DNA of 64,000 nt from Alphaproteobacteria bacterium (GTDB lineage Bacteria; Pseudomonadota; Alphaproteobacteria; RF32; CAG-239), in NCBI GenBank assembly GCA_015062305.1, contig SUUX01000005.1, forward strand, positions 21,741-85,740, in the 5' to 3' direction. Shown piece after piece: positions 27,057-36,331 of this stretch. The first letter of the stretch is position 1; every line of letters begins with the position of its first letter. The notes below the pieces were generated by a model that was not told the DNA's origin, made no database searches, and saw nothing but the letters and a program-made list of their open reading frames with translations. Position numbers and translations under genes: made by a program.

Positions 27057-28211
27057 TTATTTCTCCTTTATTATTTTTCCGTTTATGATAGTGTGTTTGA
27101 TATTTAGGTCTGCATCCATGACAAGCAAATCTGCTTTTTTCCCCGGTAATATGAGACCGATGTCTGGTTGTTTCATAATCTGAGCAGGGTTAGTGCTTGC
27201 CATTTTGATGATTTTTTCTAGTGGAATTCCATAGGAAATTAGGTTTTGAACACCATCTAACATAGAAATTGCAGAACCATTTATAACATTGTCTTTTTTG
27301 CGATAAAATACCTTGTCCAAATATAGTTCAGAGTCCGGAGATAGTGTTGTTTTGGCTGGAGGCAGAGCATCTGTAATGAGAACAATTTGGTTGAGAGGTT
27401 TGCTTTTCATGAGAAGATGTATTAGATTGGGGTTTACATGAACACCGTCTCCGATTATTTCACATGATATTTCTGGGTGTATTAGTGCAGCACCGACAAC
27501 TCCGGGTTCTCTGTGATGCATAGGGCGCATGGCATCGAACAAGTGGGTTATATGCATGATATTTGCCTGCATACCTTCTATCATTTGGTCGTAGGTTGCA
27601 TTGGTATGTCCGGCTTGTAACACAATACCTTTTTTTATACAATAAAGAGCAAGTTCTCGCATACCTTTGAGTTCTGGAGCAACAGTCATGTTTATGATAT
27701 TTCCTTTGGAGGCTTTCCATAGGCGTCCCATTAAATCCAGATCTACTTTGCTAATGCCATTTAGAGCTTGCGCTCCTATTCTTTCGGGAGATAGAAAAGG
27801 ACCTTCAAGGTGAATACCTAATATTTTGGCTCCTTTTTCATGACCCATAGCTCTGATTATGGATTTTATTTTTTTGATAAGAATATCTTCGGGAGCAGTA
27901 CAACAAGTGGGTATGAATGAGGTTACTCCATATTGAGGCAGTATTTCTGACATTTTTAGTATGGATTTGTAATCGGCATCGTCTGCACCAAAACCACCAA
28001 TACCATGAATATGAGTATCTATAAAACCAGGGAGAATATAGGCACCATTAACATCTATAATTTTAACTTTAGATGAAAATTTTTTGTTGTTAAAACGATG
28101 CTCGTTGTATACCTCTGCAATTTTGTCATTTTTTATGTATACAGCGCATCGTTTCATGACCGATAATCCGGTTAAAACAGTTGCATTATGAAGGCAAATG
28201 GCAGAATTCAT
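27057..28211 (-). CDS. nagA: N-acetylglucosamine-6-phosphate deacetylase
   Basis: PGFIDTHIHG, HLEGPF, AGHTNA, THLFDAM, DGVHV, LITDA; start ATG 28211 preferred. Confidence 0.93.
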   Translation of the reverse strand: MNSAICLHNATVLTGLSVMKRCAVYIKNDKIAEVYNEHRFNNKKFSSKVKIIDVNGAYILPGFIDTHIHGIGGFGADDADYKSILKMSEILPQYGVTSFIPTCCTAPEDILIKKIKSIIRAMGHEKGAKILGIHLEGPFLSPERIGAQALNGISKVDLDLMGRLWKASKGNIINMTVAPELKGMRELALYCIKKGIVLQAGHTNATYDQMIEGMQANIMHITHLFDAMRPMHHREPGVVGAALIHPEISCEIIGDGVHVNPNLIHLLMKSKPLNQIVLITDALPPAKTTLSPDSELYLDKVFYRKKDNVINGSAISMLDGVQNLISYGIPLEKIIKMASTNPAQIMKQPDIGLILPGKKADLLVMDADLNIKHTIINGKIIKEK

Positions 28212-28263
28212 GGCAAACCTCGTTAGAATCAGTTTGCATATATTATCAATATAAAAAGTAAAA

Positions 28264-28734
28264 TTATGGTAAAAGGTGATGTGTTTGAGATTGATGATGT
28301 AACCAATGATGTTGATGATGTTTGGTGGCAGGGTAGAAAGTGTGGGCAAGTTTTACAAATGTGACGATTGGCGATGAGTATTTTTTTAATGAATTTAATT
28401 GTTGAATTTTGTTTAGAGCCAATTCTTTTTGAGAATTATTGGTATAAAAAATGGCAGAGTGAAATTGTGGAGGTTGCTTGTAGTCGGACGGATCGTGGGT
28501 TGTAAAAAATATTTCTAACAATTGAAGATATGATATTTTTGATGAATCAAAAATTATTTCTACAGCGTGTACATGTCCGGTTTTTCCTGATGAAACTTCC
28601 ATATGAGTCGGGTTTGGTACTCTTCCTCCTGTGTACCCACATCTGGTAGAAATTACTCCATTTAGTTTGGTAAAAATTTTTTCTAACTCCCAAAAGCATC
28701 CTGCTGCAAATATAGCACGTGATGTTTTTTTCAT
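28264..28734 (-). CDS. msrA: Divergent peptide-methionine (S)-sulfoxide reductase MsrA-like protein
   Basis: FAAGCFW, GYTGG...NPT, TGH, HDP, SAIFY, FYPA; several active-site residues substituted. Confidence 0.75.
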   Translation of the reverse strand: MKKTSRAIFAAGCFWELEKIFTKLNGVISTRCGYTGGRVPNPTHMEVSSGKTGHVHAVEIIFDSSKISYLQLLEIFFTTHDPSDYKQPPQFHSAIFYTNNSQKELALNKIQQLNSLKKYSSPIVTFVKLAHTFYPATKHHQHHWLHHQSQTHHLLP

Positions 28735-28813
28735 TTTTCCCTCTTTGATGTTTGTTATTGTATTTAAAATGTATTTATTGAAAGGGGGATTTAAAGTTAT
28801 AAAAAAGGATAGG

Positions 28814-31084
28814 TTATACTTTTGTGAGGTATGAGCCTAAAAGTTTTTTTATTTGTCCGTTATCAAAGCAAACTTGGCAGGAGTTTCCATTTATGGCAAC
28901 GATTTTGCCGTAACCAAAGGTTTCGTGATATACTTTGGTGCCTATTAGACTTGCATTACCAGTGCAATAACTATCATGGCTACGGACGTAGCTATAACGA
29001 GGGTCGAGATCATATGTTGTATCCTCCTGGTTGTAATTGTTATATTGTTTAGGTTTGTATGTATTTTCAGCATAATAATTTGTGCTTTTATTGCATATTT
29101 CTATATTTGAAGGGGGCAGTTCATTGATAAAACGAGATGGTAGGTTGTTTTGCCATTGGCCATATACTTTGCGGTTGTGAGCCATGGATATTTGTAGGTG
29201 TTGTTTGGCTCTAGTGATGGCAACGTAAGCCAGACGGCGTTCTTCCTCCAGAGCTTCAGCCCCATTTTCATCAAGACTACGTTGATGAGGAAACAGACCT
29301 TCTTCCCAACCGGGAAGAAAGACAATATCAAACTCAAGTCCTTTGGCAGAGTGTAGAGTTATGAGCATTACTTTATTGTCGGTAGATATATCATCTTTAT
29401 CCATGACAAGACTGACGTGATCCATAAAAGTTGCTAATGATGGATATTTTTCGGTGTCGCTCATAACGTTTATGAGTTCTTTTAGGTTTTCTAGGCGGCC
29501 AGGTGCTTCTACGGATTTATCGGATTTTAGCATATCCAGATATCCGCTGGCCTCTAAAACTTCTGAAGCTATTTCATCTGGAGTTTCGGCGGCAAGCATT
29601 TTTCTCCACTCAGAAAAATTATTTAGCAATTCTTGTAGAGAGTTTTTTAGTTTGCCGCTGACATTATTATTGGCAACCAAATGTTTTATTGCTTGGTACA
29701 TTGAACAGCCTTGATTGCGGGCTTCTGTTTGAAATTTTTCAACAGATTTTGCGCCAATGCCTCTGGCAGGTTTATTGATGATGCGTTCTAAGGCTAAATC
29801 GTCATTAGGTTGCAGAATCACTCGAAAATAAGCTAGCGCATCTCTGATTTCGGCTCGTTCATAAAATTTTAGTCCGCCAATAACTTGATATGGAATTGCT
29901 TCTGCAATAAATTTTTCTTCAAACTCACGGGTTTGGGCAGCGGTTCGGACCAAAATTGCCATTTGAGAGTACTCAAATCCGGAGCGCCTGAAGTCTGAAA
30001 TTTTATTAATAACAAGAGAAGCTTCTTCTTCACCGTTGAAAGTGCTGATGATTTTTATTTTGCTGTTTTCTGTTTTTTGAGCCGGTGAATTTTCGGCAAC
30101 TTTTAGAGTTTTTCCTAAGCGTCCGGTATTGTGGCTGATGAGACAAGATGCTGCTGCTAAAATATTGGCTGTTGAACGATAGTTCCGTTCTAGTCTGATG
30201 GTTATAGCATCACTAAAATCTTTGTTGAAGCGTAATATGTTTTCTATTTCTGCGCCTCGCCAAGAATATATAGATTGGTCATCATCACCAACACAGCATA
30301 GGTTGCGATGTTTTTGTGATAATATTCTGATAAGCATGTATTGACTTACATTGGTATCTTGATATTCATCTACCATAATATATTTGAAACGATTTTGATA
30401 TTTTTCTAAAATATCTTTGTGTTCCATGAGAATTTTTAGAGCTAAAAGGATTATGTCTCCAAAGTCTACACAGTTTAGTTCTTGTAGTCGAGATTGATAT
30501 AATTTGTATATTTGCGTTAATGTATTTTCTTTGAACTCTGTACCTATTTTTTCAACACAAATACCTTTATCTTTCCAGCGGCAAATCTTGTCTAAAACAG
30601 CTTGAGGGGGGTATTTTTTTGTATCAATATTATTAGCTTCCATTAGTTGTTTGATTAGCCGTTTTTGGTCGTCTTCTGATAAAATTGTAAAGTTAGAGCT
30701 TAGTCCGACTAGTTCTGCGTGGTTTCTGAGTATTTTTACACATATACTGTGAAAGGTTCCGAGCCAAACGGAGTTTGCCGAATCTCCGATAAGTTTTTCT
30801 ACTCTTTCTCTCATTTCTCTGGCGGCACGATTGGTAAAGGTAACAACTAAGCACTCCCAAGGGTTTGCCAGATGTTGGGATAATATATATGCTAATCTGG
30901 TGGTGAGAACTTTGGTTTTGCCAGTGCCCGCACCAGAGAGAACCAGGACAGGCCCCTGGGTTGTTTGAACTGCCAGTTTTTGCTCAGGGTTTAGCATATC
31001 TAACCAAGGCCTTGCAGGCATTAGCGCACTAATGTTATCGAAGGTTGGAGCTTCAGATGTTTCTAAATCAAAAATATTATCCAT
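28814..31084 (-). CDS. uvrD: ATP-dependent DNA helicase UvrD/PcrA
   Basis: GAGTGKT, TFTNRAA, DEYQD, VGDDDQSIYSWRGA, TLHSAKGLEF, EERRLAYVAITRA. Confidence 0.95.
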   Translation of the reverse strand: MDNIFDLETSEAPTFDNISALMPARPWLDMLNPEQKLAVQTTQGPVLVLSGAGTGKTKVLTTRLAYILSQHLANPWECLVVTFTNRAAREMRERVEKLIGDSANSVWLGTFHSICVKILRNHAELVGLSSNFTILSEDDQKRLIKQLMEANNIDTKKYPPQAVLDKICRWKDKGICVEKIGTEFKENTLTQIYKLYQSRLQELNCVDFGDIILLALKILMEHKDILEKYQNRFKYIMVDEYQDTNVSQYMLIRILSQKHRNLCCVGDDDQSIYSWRGAEIENILRFNKDFSDAITIRLERNYRSTANILAAASCLISHNTGRLGKTLKVAENSPAQKTENSKIKIISTFNGEEEASLVINKISDFRRSGFEYSQMAILVRTAAQTREFEEKFIAEAIPYQVIGGLKFYERAEIRDALAYFRVILQPNDDLALERIINKPARGIGAKSVEKFQTEARNQGCSMYQAIKHLVANNNVSGKLKNSLQELLNNFSEWRKMLAAETPDEIASEVLEASGYLDMLKSDKSVEAPGRLENLKELINVMSDTEKYPSLATFMDHVSLVMDKDDISTDNKVMLITLHSAKGLEFDIVFLPGWEEGLFPHQRSLDENGAEALEEERRLAYVAITRAKQHLQISMAHNRKVYGQWQNNLPSRFINELPPSNIEICNKSTNYYAENTYKPKQYNNYNQEDTTYDLDPRYSYVRSHDSYCTGNASLIGTKVYHETFGYGKIVAINGNSCQVCFDNGQIKKLLGSYLTKV

Positions 31085-31158
31085 TGCTAATCTTCTTGTT
31101 TTTTTTATTATAAGGCAATATATATATTATTGATGCTGTTGTCAAAAGGAGAATTGTT

Positions 31159-32097
31159 ATGCCTAGAACTATTGGTGGAAAATTTGTTACTCAAGCATCT
31201 TCTGTAGCGCAAGAAGGTGATGATGCATGGCACAATGGTGATTATGATGTTGCTCGTAGTTGTTATGAAAAAGCAGCCGGTTTGTTTGCTGATAGCGGAG
31301 ATGATGAAGGTGAAGCTTTTATCTTATTTAGACTCGGAGATTTAGAGTTAAGCTTGGATAATTTTGACAAAGCTGAGAGTGTGTTAAGAGCTGCTGCAGA
31401 ATTGGTTAAAAATAAAGATTATGCGCAAAGCACATTTGGTGAAATATTAACCAGACTTGCAAAGTTGGAGGCATCTAGAGGAAAACCTCATGAGGCTTTG
31501 CAATATATTAAAGATGCCAGAGGTGTTTTGGAGAGCATTGATAATAAAAATTTGCTCGGAGATGTATATGATTTGGAGGCCTATGTATATTTGTTGGAAG
31601 GGCGAGAAAAAGATGCGTTGAAGACTTATAAAAAAGCAGCTGAGATGTTTAGGTTGGATAATGTTACTCTGAAAGAGGCCTCAGTTTTAAGAGCGATTGC
31701 CAGAATCGAAATGAAAAATAAGAGTTATGATGAAGCTCATGATGTGTTGGAGCGATGTAGAGATTTATATCGAGAGAACGGCGATTTATTAGGAGAAGCT
31801 TCTGCGTTGTCGGCCATCGGATGTTTGCGTTATATCATAAGAGATATTGAAAATGCTCGCAAAGCTTTGATGAAGTCTGTATATTTGTATGGCAAGGTAG
31901 ACCATCATTATGCAGAGGCAGAATCGCTTTTGTATTTGGCTAGAGTTGAGGCTATAGACAAACATTTGGGCGATTTTGAAAGAGCCAAATCTCATTACAA
32001 ACGCTCAATTGAGTTGTTTGATTTTTTGGATAATCAAATGATGAAGAATTCAGTTTTGGAAGAATATAATAATTTTTTGAATCGTTGCATGGGGTAA
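31159..32097 (+). CDS. Tetratricopeptide-repeat protein (about 40-aa helical repeats)
   Basis: Repeated D..GEA..L..LG/A..YxKA..LF units; SD aaggag. Confidence 0.8.
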   Translation: MPRTIGGKFVTQASSVAQEGDDAWHNGDYDVARSCYEKAAGLFADSGDDEGEAFILFRLGDLELSLDNFDKAESVLRAAAELVKNKDYAQSTFGEILTRLAKLEASRGKPHEALQYIKDARGVLESIDNKNLLGDVYDLEAYVYLLEGREKDALKTYKKAAEMFRLDNVTLKEASVLRAIARIEMKNKSYDEAHDVLERCRDLYRENGDLLGEASALSAIGCLRYIIRDIENARKALMKSVYLYGKVDHHYAEAESLLYLARVEAIDKHLGDFERAKSHYKRSIELFDFLDNQMMKNSVLEEYNNFLNRCMG

Positions 32098-32109
32098 AAG
32101 GAGATAATT

Positions 32110-33072
32110 ATGTCGAATGTGCGTGCTAAAATTATAGAACTCAAAAATTTTATGGATGCGAAAATTATCGGTCAACAAGATTTGGTAAATAAATTGATTA
32201 TTACTTTGTTGGCAGATGGAAATGCTTTGGTGGAAGGGGCTCCTGGATTGGCTAAGACAAAGGCGATTAAGACGTTGTCTTCTTCAATTAAGGCTCAATA
32301 TAATCGTATTCAATTTACACCTGACTTGTTACCGTCAGATGTGACAGGAAGTGAGATATATGTTGCTTCTAAAGGTGAGTTCGAATTTAGAAAAGGTCCG
32401 ATTTTTGCTAATTTGATTTTGGCAGATGAAATTAACAGAGCCCCGGCAAAAGTGCAATCTGCTTTGCTGGAAGCAATGGCAGAGAGACAAGTTAGTGTGG
32501 GGGGTAAAAAATATGAATTGCCAGAATTGTTTATGGTGCTGGCAACTCAGAATCCTATTGAGCATGAGGGAACCTATAATTTGCCAGAAGCTCAATTAGA
32601 CAGGTTTTTGATGTATATAAAAATTGACCAGCCGGATGCAGAGTCTGAAAAGAAAATATTGAGATTGGTAAGAGATGAAATATCGTTTGCAAACAAACAA
32701 GTAGCGCCAATGTTGGAAATAGATGATGTACTGAATGCGAGAAAAGATGCTTTGAAAGTGCATATGAGTGAACAAGTTGAAGAGTATTTGGTGCAATTGA
32801 TTATGGCAACCAGACATCCGGAAAAATATGATGCTAAAATGGCCGGATATGTTATGTTTGGAGCAAGCCCCAGAGCAACTTTGGCTTTGGATAGATGTGC
32901 GAAAATCCATGCATGGTTAAGAGAAAAAGATTTTGTTAGTCCTGAAGATATTCAAGCTGTTGTATATGACATATTACGTCATAGAATTATTTTGTCCTTT
33001 GAAGCGCAAGCAGAGGGAGTTACAACAGATGCTGTGATAAGCCGACTGTTAAAGTTGGTGCCTTTGCCGTAG
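32110..33072 (+). CDS. MoxR-family AAA+ ATPase
   Basis: EGAPGLAKT, RIQFTPDLLPSD, LADEINRAPAKVQSALLEAM, ATQNPIE, LPEAQLDRF, GASPRA. Confidence 0.95.
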   Translation: MSNVRAKIIELKNFMDAKIIGQQDLVNKLIITLLADGNALVEGAPGLAKTKAIKTLSSSIKAQYNRIQFTPDLLPSDVTGSEIYVASKGEFEFRKGPIFANLILADEINRAPAKVQSALLEAMAERQVSVGGKKYELPELFMVLATQNPIEHEGTYNLPEAQLDRFLMYIKIDQPDAESEKKILRLVRDEISFANKQVAPMLEIDDVLNARKDALKVHMSEQVEEYLVQLIMATRHPEKYDAKMAGYVMFGASPRATLALDRCAKIHAWLREKDFVSPEDIQAVVYDILRHRIILSFEAQAEGVTTDAVISRLLKLVPLP

Positions 33073-33082
33073 AGGAAATAAG

Positions 33083-34021
33083 ATGGTTTTTAAACGTTGG
33101 TTTGGTCATCGGAAGAATAAAAAAGAAGAAAATGGTTTGAATGCCTCTTTAGATGCATTGATGGCAATGCGTAAATATACTCCTTTTGTGCAAGGTTTTA
33201 ATCGTATGAGGACATTTTCTTGTCAAACAGGTGATATAAAATCGGCTTTTAAGGGAAGAGGAATTGAATTTGAAGAAATCAGAACTTATAATTTTGGTGA
33301 TGATGTCAGAGATATTGATTGGCGTGTTACGGCAAGAAAAGATGTGCCTTATACAAAAGTTTATACCGAAGAAAAAGATCATGAAGTATATGTGTGGTTG
33401 GATTTGTCTGCTCCAATGCTTTTTGGAAGCAAAAAAGAGCTAAAATCTGTGAGCGCATCAAAGTTAGCAGCTCTTTTGGGATGGTTGGCTTTGGAAAATA
33501 AAGATAGATTCGGATGTGTTATTTTTAATGGACGAAGTTCTAGTTTGTTTAAGCCTCAAAATAGCAGAACTCAATTGATGGCAATATTGAAAAAAATGGC
33601 CAAAGAAGGAGTTGAAGTTTTAAAAAATCCGATGTTGGAAGAAAAAGAACTAGTGAAATCCTTGAAATTGTTGGAACAAAATGCCAAAAACAAGGCGACT
33701 GTTTTTATGATAAGTGATTTTATTTCTATGGGAGATGAAGTGGCTAAACAATTGTCATACATAGCAAAAAGAAGCCAATTATATCTTATTAATGTATTTG
33801 ATGCTTTGGAAGAAAATCCGCCTAAGGCAGGAGAATATATGGTAGAATATCTGGGAAAAAGGCTGATATTTGATAGTGCGCCTAAAGGATATAAGCATGA
33901 TTATTTTGCATATTTTGCACAGAAAAGAAAAAAGTTACGAGATTTTTGTCGGCGCTTTAACTGTAGATTGGCTGAATTTAGAACAGATATGGATATTGTA
34001 AAAAATTTGAATTTCATGTAG
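33083..34021 (+). CDS. DUF58 protein (MoxR partner)
   Basis: GRGIEFEEIRTYNFGDDVRDIDWRVTAR, EEKD, DRFG, ISDF. Confidence 0.92.
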   Translation: MVFKRWFGHRKNKKEENGLNASLDALMAMRKYTPFVQGFNRMRTFSCQTGDIKSAFKGRGIEFEEIRTYNFGDDVRDIDWRVTARKDVPYTKVYTEEKDHEVYVWLDLSAPMLFGSKKELKSVSASKLAALLGWLALENKDRFGCVIFNGRSSSLFKPQNSRTQLMAILKKMAKEGVEVLKNPMLEEKELVKSLKLLEQNAKNKATVFMISDFISMGDEVAKQLSYIAKRSQLYLINVFDALEENPPKAGEYMVEYLGKRLIFDSAPKGYKHDYFAYFAQKRKKLRDFCRRFNCRLAEFRTDMDIVKNLNFM

Positions 34022-34103
34022 CAGGAATCTTGACAAAATTTGATTAATATGATAATTTTGGATGTATAATTATTTTGTAACTTATCATAGAGAAGAGAAA
34101 CAC

Positions 34104-35072
34104 ATGGTAAAATCTAACGACAATACATCTTATAAAAGAGGGCAAGAACTGCTTGATCAAGGTATGTACCGAGAAGCGGTGGAACAATTTGACGCAGCAA
34201 TTAAAGAACAGCCAGATTCCTGGAAGTCATTGAATTCTAAAGGGTTTGCATATCAGAAACTCAGCCGTTATACAGAGGCTGTGGAGTGTTTTGATCAGGC
34301 CTTGGTGTTGAACCCTAATTCTGTAGAAGTTTTAAATAACAAAGGTGTAACATTAAGTATGCGCGGATTGTATAAAGATGCAATCCAGTGTTTTAATGAA
34401 GCTTTTGCTTTGGACAAGACTTCTTTGGAAGCATTGAACGGAAAAGCTATTGCGTTGCAGCATATGTTTGCATATAAAGAAGCTTTGGATGTGTTGGAAG
34501 AAGCAATGAAGATAGATAATAAACACGCTCAGACTTTGTTGAGTGTGGCTGTTACATTGCAGAAACTTAAGCAATATGATCGTGCGATCTCTTTCTTTAA
34601 GAAAGTTTTGGCGACAGATAAAAATAATATAAAGGCTTGGAATGGTGTTGGTGTTACATATCAGTTGATGGGGGATAATAACTCAGCCATTAAATGTTTC
34701 ACTAAAATATTGAATATAGATAGCAGAGAAATACAAGCTTGGATTAGTATCGGTTTTGTTTATCAGAAAATGATGAAGTTTAATGATGCGCTTAAATGTT
34801 ACAAAAAAGCGCAGTTGATTATTGGTAGCAGATATCACCATAAATTGTATGATGGTTTGGCTAGTTGCTTGACTAAATTATCAGAATTTGATCAGGCAAT
34901 TGATGTTTATCAGCAGATATTTCAGAGAGAAGAAGGTAAGAAAAAATGGGATGCTCAGCGTTCTATGAAGTTTGTAAATAAGTTGAAGCGCAAAAAAGCA
35001 ATCGGAACGTTGCAGAGTTTGGTGCCGGCTGATGAGCCGTCAGATGAAACAGCAGAAGAACCAACTGAATAG
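34104..35072 (+). CDS. Tetratricopeptide-repeat protein
   Basis: About 8 canonical 34-aa TPRs (KG..YQKL.RY.EA..CFD.AL..NP); start ATG 34104 preferred. Confidence 0.88.
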   Translation: MVKSNDNTSYKRGQELLDQGMYREAVEQFDAAIKEQPDSWKSLNSKGFAYQKLSRYTEAVECFDQALVLNPNSVEVLNNKGVTLSMRGLYKDAIQCFNEAFALDKTSLEALNGKAIALQHMFAYKEALDVLEEAMKIDNKHAQTLLSVAVTLQKLKQYDRAISFFKKVLATDKNNIKAWNGVGVTYQLMGDNNSAIKCFTKILNIDSREIQAWISIGFVYQKMMKFNDALKCYKKAQLIIGSRYHHKLYDGLASCLTKLSEFDQAIDVYQQIFQREEGKKKWDAQRSMKFVNKLKRKKAIGTLQSLVPADEPSDETAEEPTE

Positions 35073-35087
35073 GTGTTTGATTAAATT

Positions 35088-35118
35088 AAAAAGGGCTGCA
35101 TTTGCAGCTCTTTTTTTT
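35088..35118 (+). terminator. Intrinsic terminator
   Basis: aagggctgca-tt-tgcagctctt (one internal mismatch) plus T-tract. Confidence 0.65.
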
Positions 35119-35188
35119 GAGGATTGTTGAAATTTGTACAATTGTGATTATTTGTAAGCTGAGAGTTAATATTTTGGGAGATAAAATT

Positions 35189-35398
35189 ATGGGAACATTT
35201 TTTAAGTATGTATTTTATGCAATATTGCTTGTTGTTCTTTACTTGGTAGGTAAAGGTATTTATGACGGAGCAATTAATGAACAAACAACTGTTGGTGCCG
35301 TGATGGAACAAGTTGGTGATGGAGGAAAACAAATGGCTAAAGATGGAGTAAAAGCAGTTGATAATGCTGTAAATGGTATAGAGAAAAAATCTGAATAG
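35189..35398 (+). CDS. Small membrane-anchored protein
   Basis: SD gggag, MGTFFKYVFYAILLVVLYLVGKG hydrophobic anchor followed by a polar helical tail. Confidence 0.65.
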   Translation: MGTFFKYVFYAILLVVLYLVGKGIYDGAINEQTTVGAVMEQVGDGGKQMAKDGVKAVDNAVNGIEKKSE

Positions 35399-35412
35399 TT
35401 TATAAAAACAAT

Positions 35413-35445
35413 AAAAAACCGAGAGTGTTATGGCTCTCGGTTTTT
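35413..35445. terminator. Bidirectional terminator
   Basis: aaaaaaccgagag/ctctcggttttt between convergent ORFs. Confidence 0.8.
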
Positions 35446-35460
35446 GTGCATTGACATTTG

Positions 35461-35700
35461 TTAGTCAAAAATTTCTTTGATTTCTATGTCTATGACTTCG
35501 GCAGGATCGTATAGTCTTTCTTCTGCACATGGATATAATCCTTGAGCATTTTTGCCGGTGATGTCCACTCCGTTAGGGTTGTATTTGCTACCGGTTAATT
35601 TGTGAATACCATCAGGATTAAATCCTTCATAGTCATCTCCAAAGGGATCTCGTCCATTGGGGCCATAGCCTTCAAAATCTAGAGTTTGTGTTTTATCCAT
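35461..35700 (-). CDS. Small hypothetical protein with G(Y/F)xxxG-type repeats
   Basis: EGYGPNGRD, EGFNPDGIHK, KYNPNGVD; ends at a terminator. Confidence 0.55.
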   Translation of the reverse strand: MDKTQTLDFEGYGPNGRDPFGDDYEGFNPDGIHKLTGSKYNPNGVDITGKNAQGLYPCAEERLYDPAEVIDIEIKEIFD

Positions 35701-35799
35701 AATTGTTTTGTTTAAATAATTGTTATAATATCCTTAGTCTGAGGATATGCTATTATATTTAAAAGGGGATGTAAATATAAAAGTCAGAAAAAAGCGGTA

Positions 35800-36228
35800 T
35801 TATACCAATTTATCAACATCAATTAGATGTTCATTTTTTTCATAGAAGTGTTTTAGATAATTACGTCCAGTTCTTTCCAATTCTTCATCGTGAATAATAG
35901 ATTGGTTGTTGTCATATACACTAACTTTATGACTGGTATGATCGGGAGGTGTTTCTGAATCGAAAACACCACTGGCTGCAAGGGCGCTAATACTATTTTG
36001 GACATAGGCAGATGATGGAGAAAAATCAGAATTTTCTTCTTCGGATTGGTGAGAAGCATAGTATTCCGGCTGTTTGTGATGTTCACCAGCCTCATCTCGC
36101 ACCAAAACATTGTTTTGAGTGTCTATAACCTCTACAAACTGTGTTTTTTGACCATTAGCACTATAACTACGCTCCGTTCTTGGAGAAGATGTAGAAGTGC
36201 CAACTTTTCTGGTGGCTCCTATACTCAT
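35800..36228 (-). CDS. Hypothetical protein
   Basis: 142-aa ORF with SD (ggaga) upstream; no recognised domain. Confidence 0.65.
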   Translation of the reverse strand: MSIGATRKVGTSTSSPRTERSYSANGQKTQFVEVIDTQNNVLVRDEAGEHHKQPEYYASHQSEEENSDFSPSSAYVQNSISALAASGVFDSETPPDHTSHKVSVYDNNQSIIHDEELERTGRNYLKHFYEKNEHLIDVDKLV

Positions 36229-36331
36229 ATGGTTTCTCCATACTAAGAATTGGGCTTTATTCTCTACCCTATTATTTGTATTGTATCACAAAAAAAATAA
36301 ATTTGCAATAAAAACAGAACATTGCATGATT

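Noticed and set aside
28212-28349. N-terminal extension of NagA in the ORF track
   Set aside because: Overlaps msrA and is low-complexity; ATG 28211 fits a normal NagA length
35800-36228. FliX assignment for the 142-aa ORF
   Set aside because: Only the Ser/Thr-rich N-terminus is reminiscent; no recognisable FliX C-terminal motif and no flagellar neighbours
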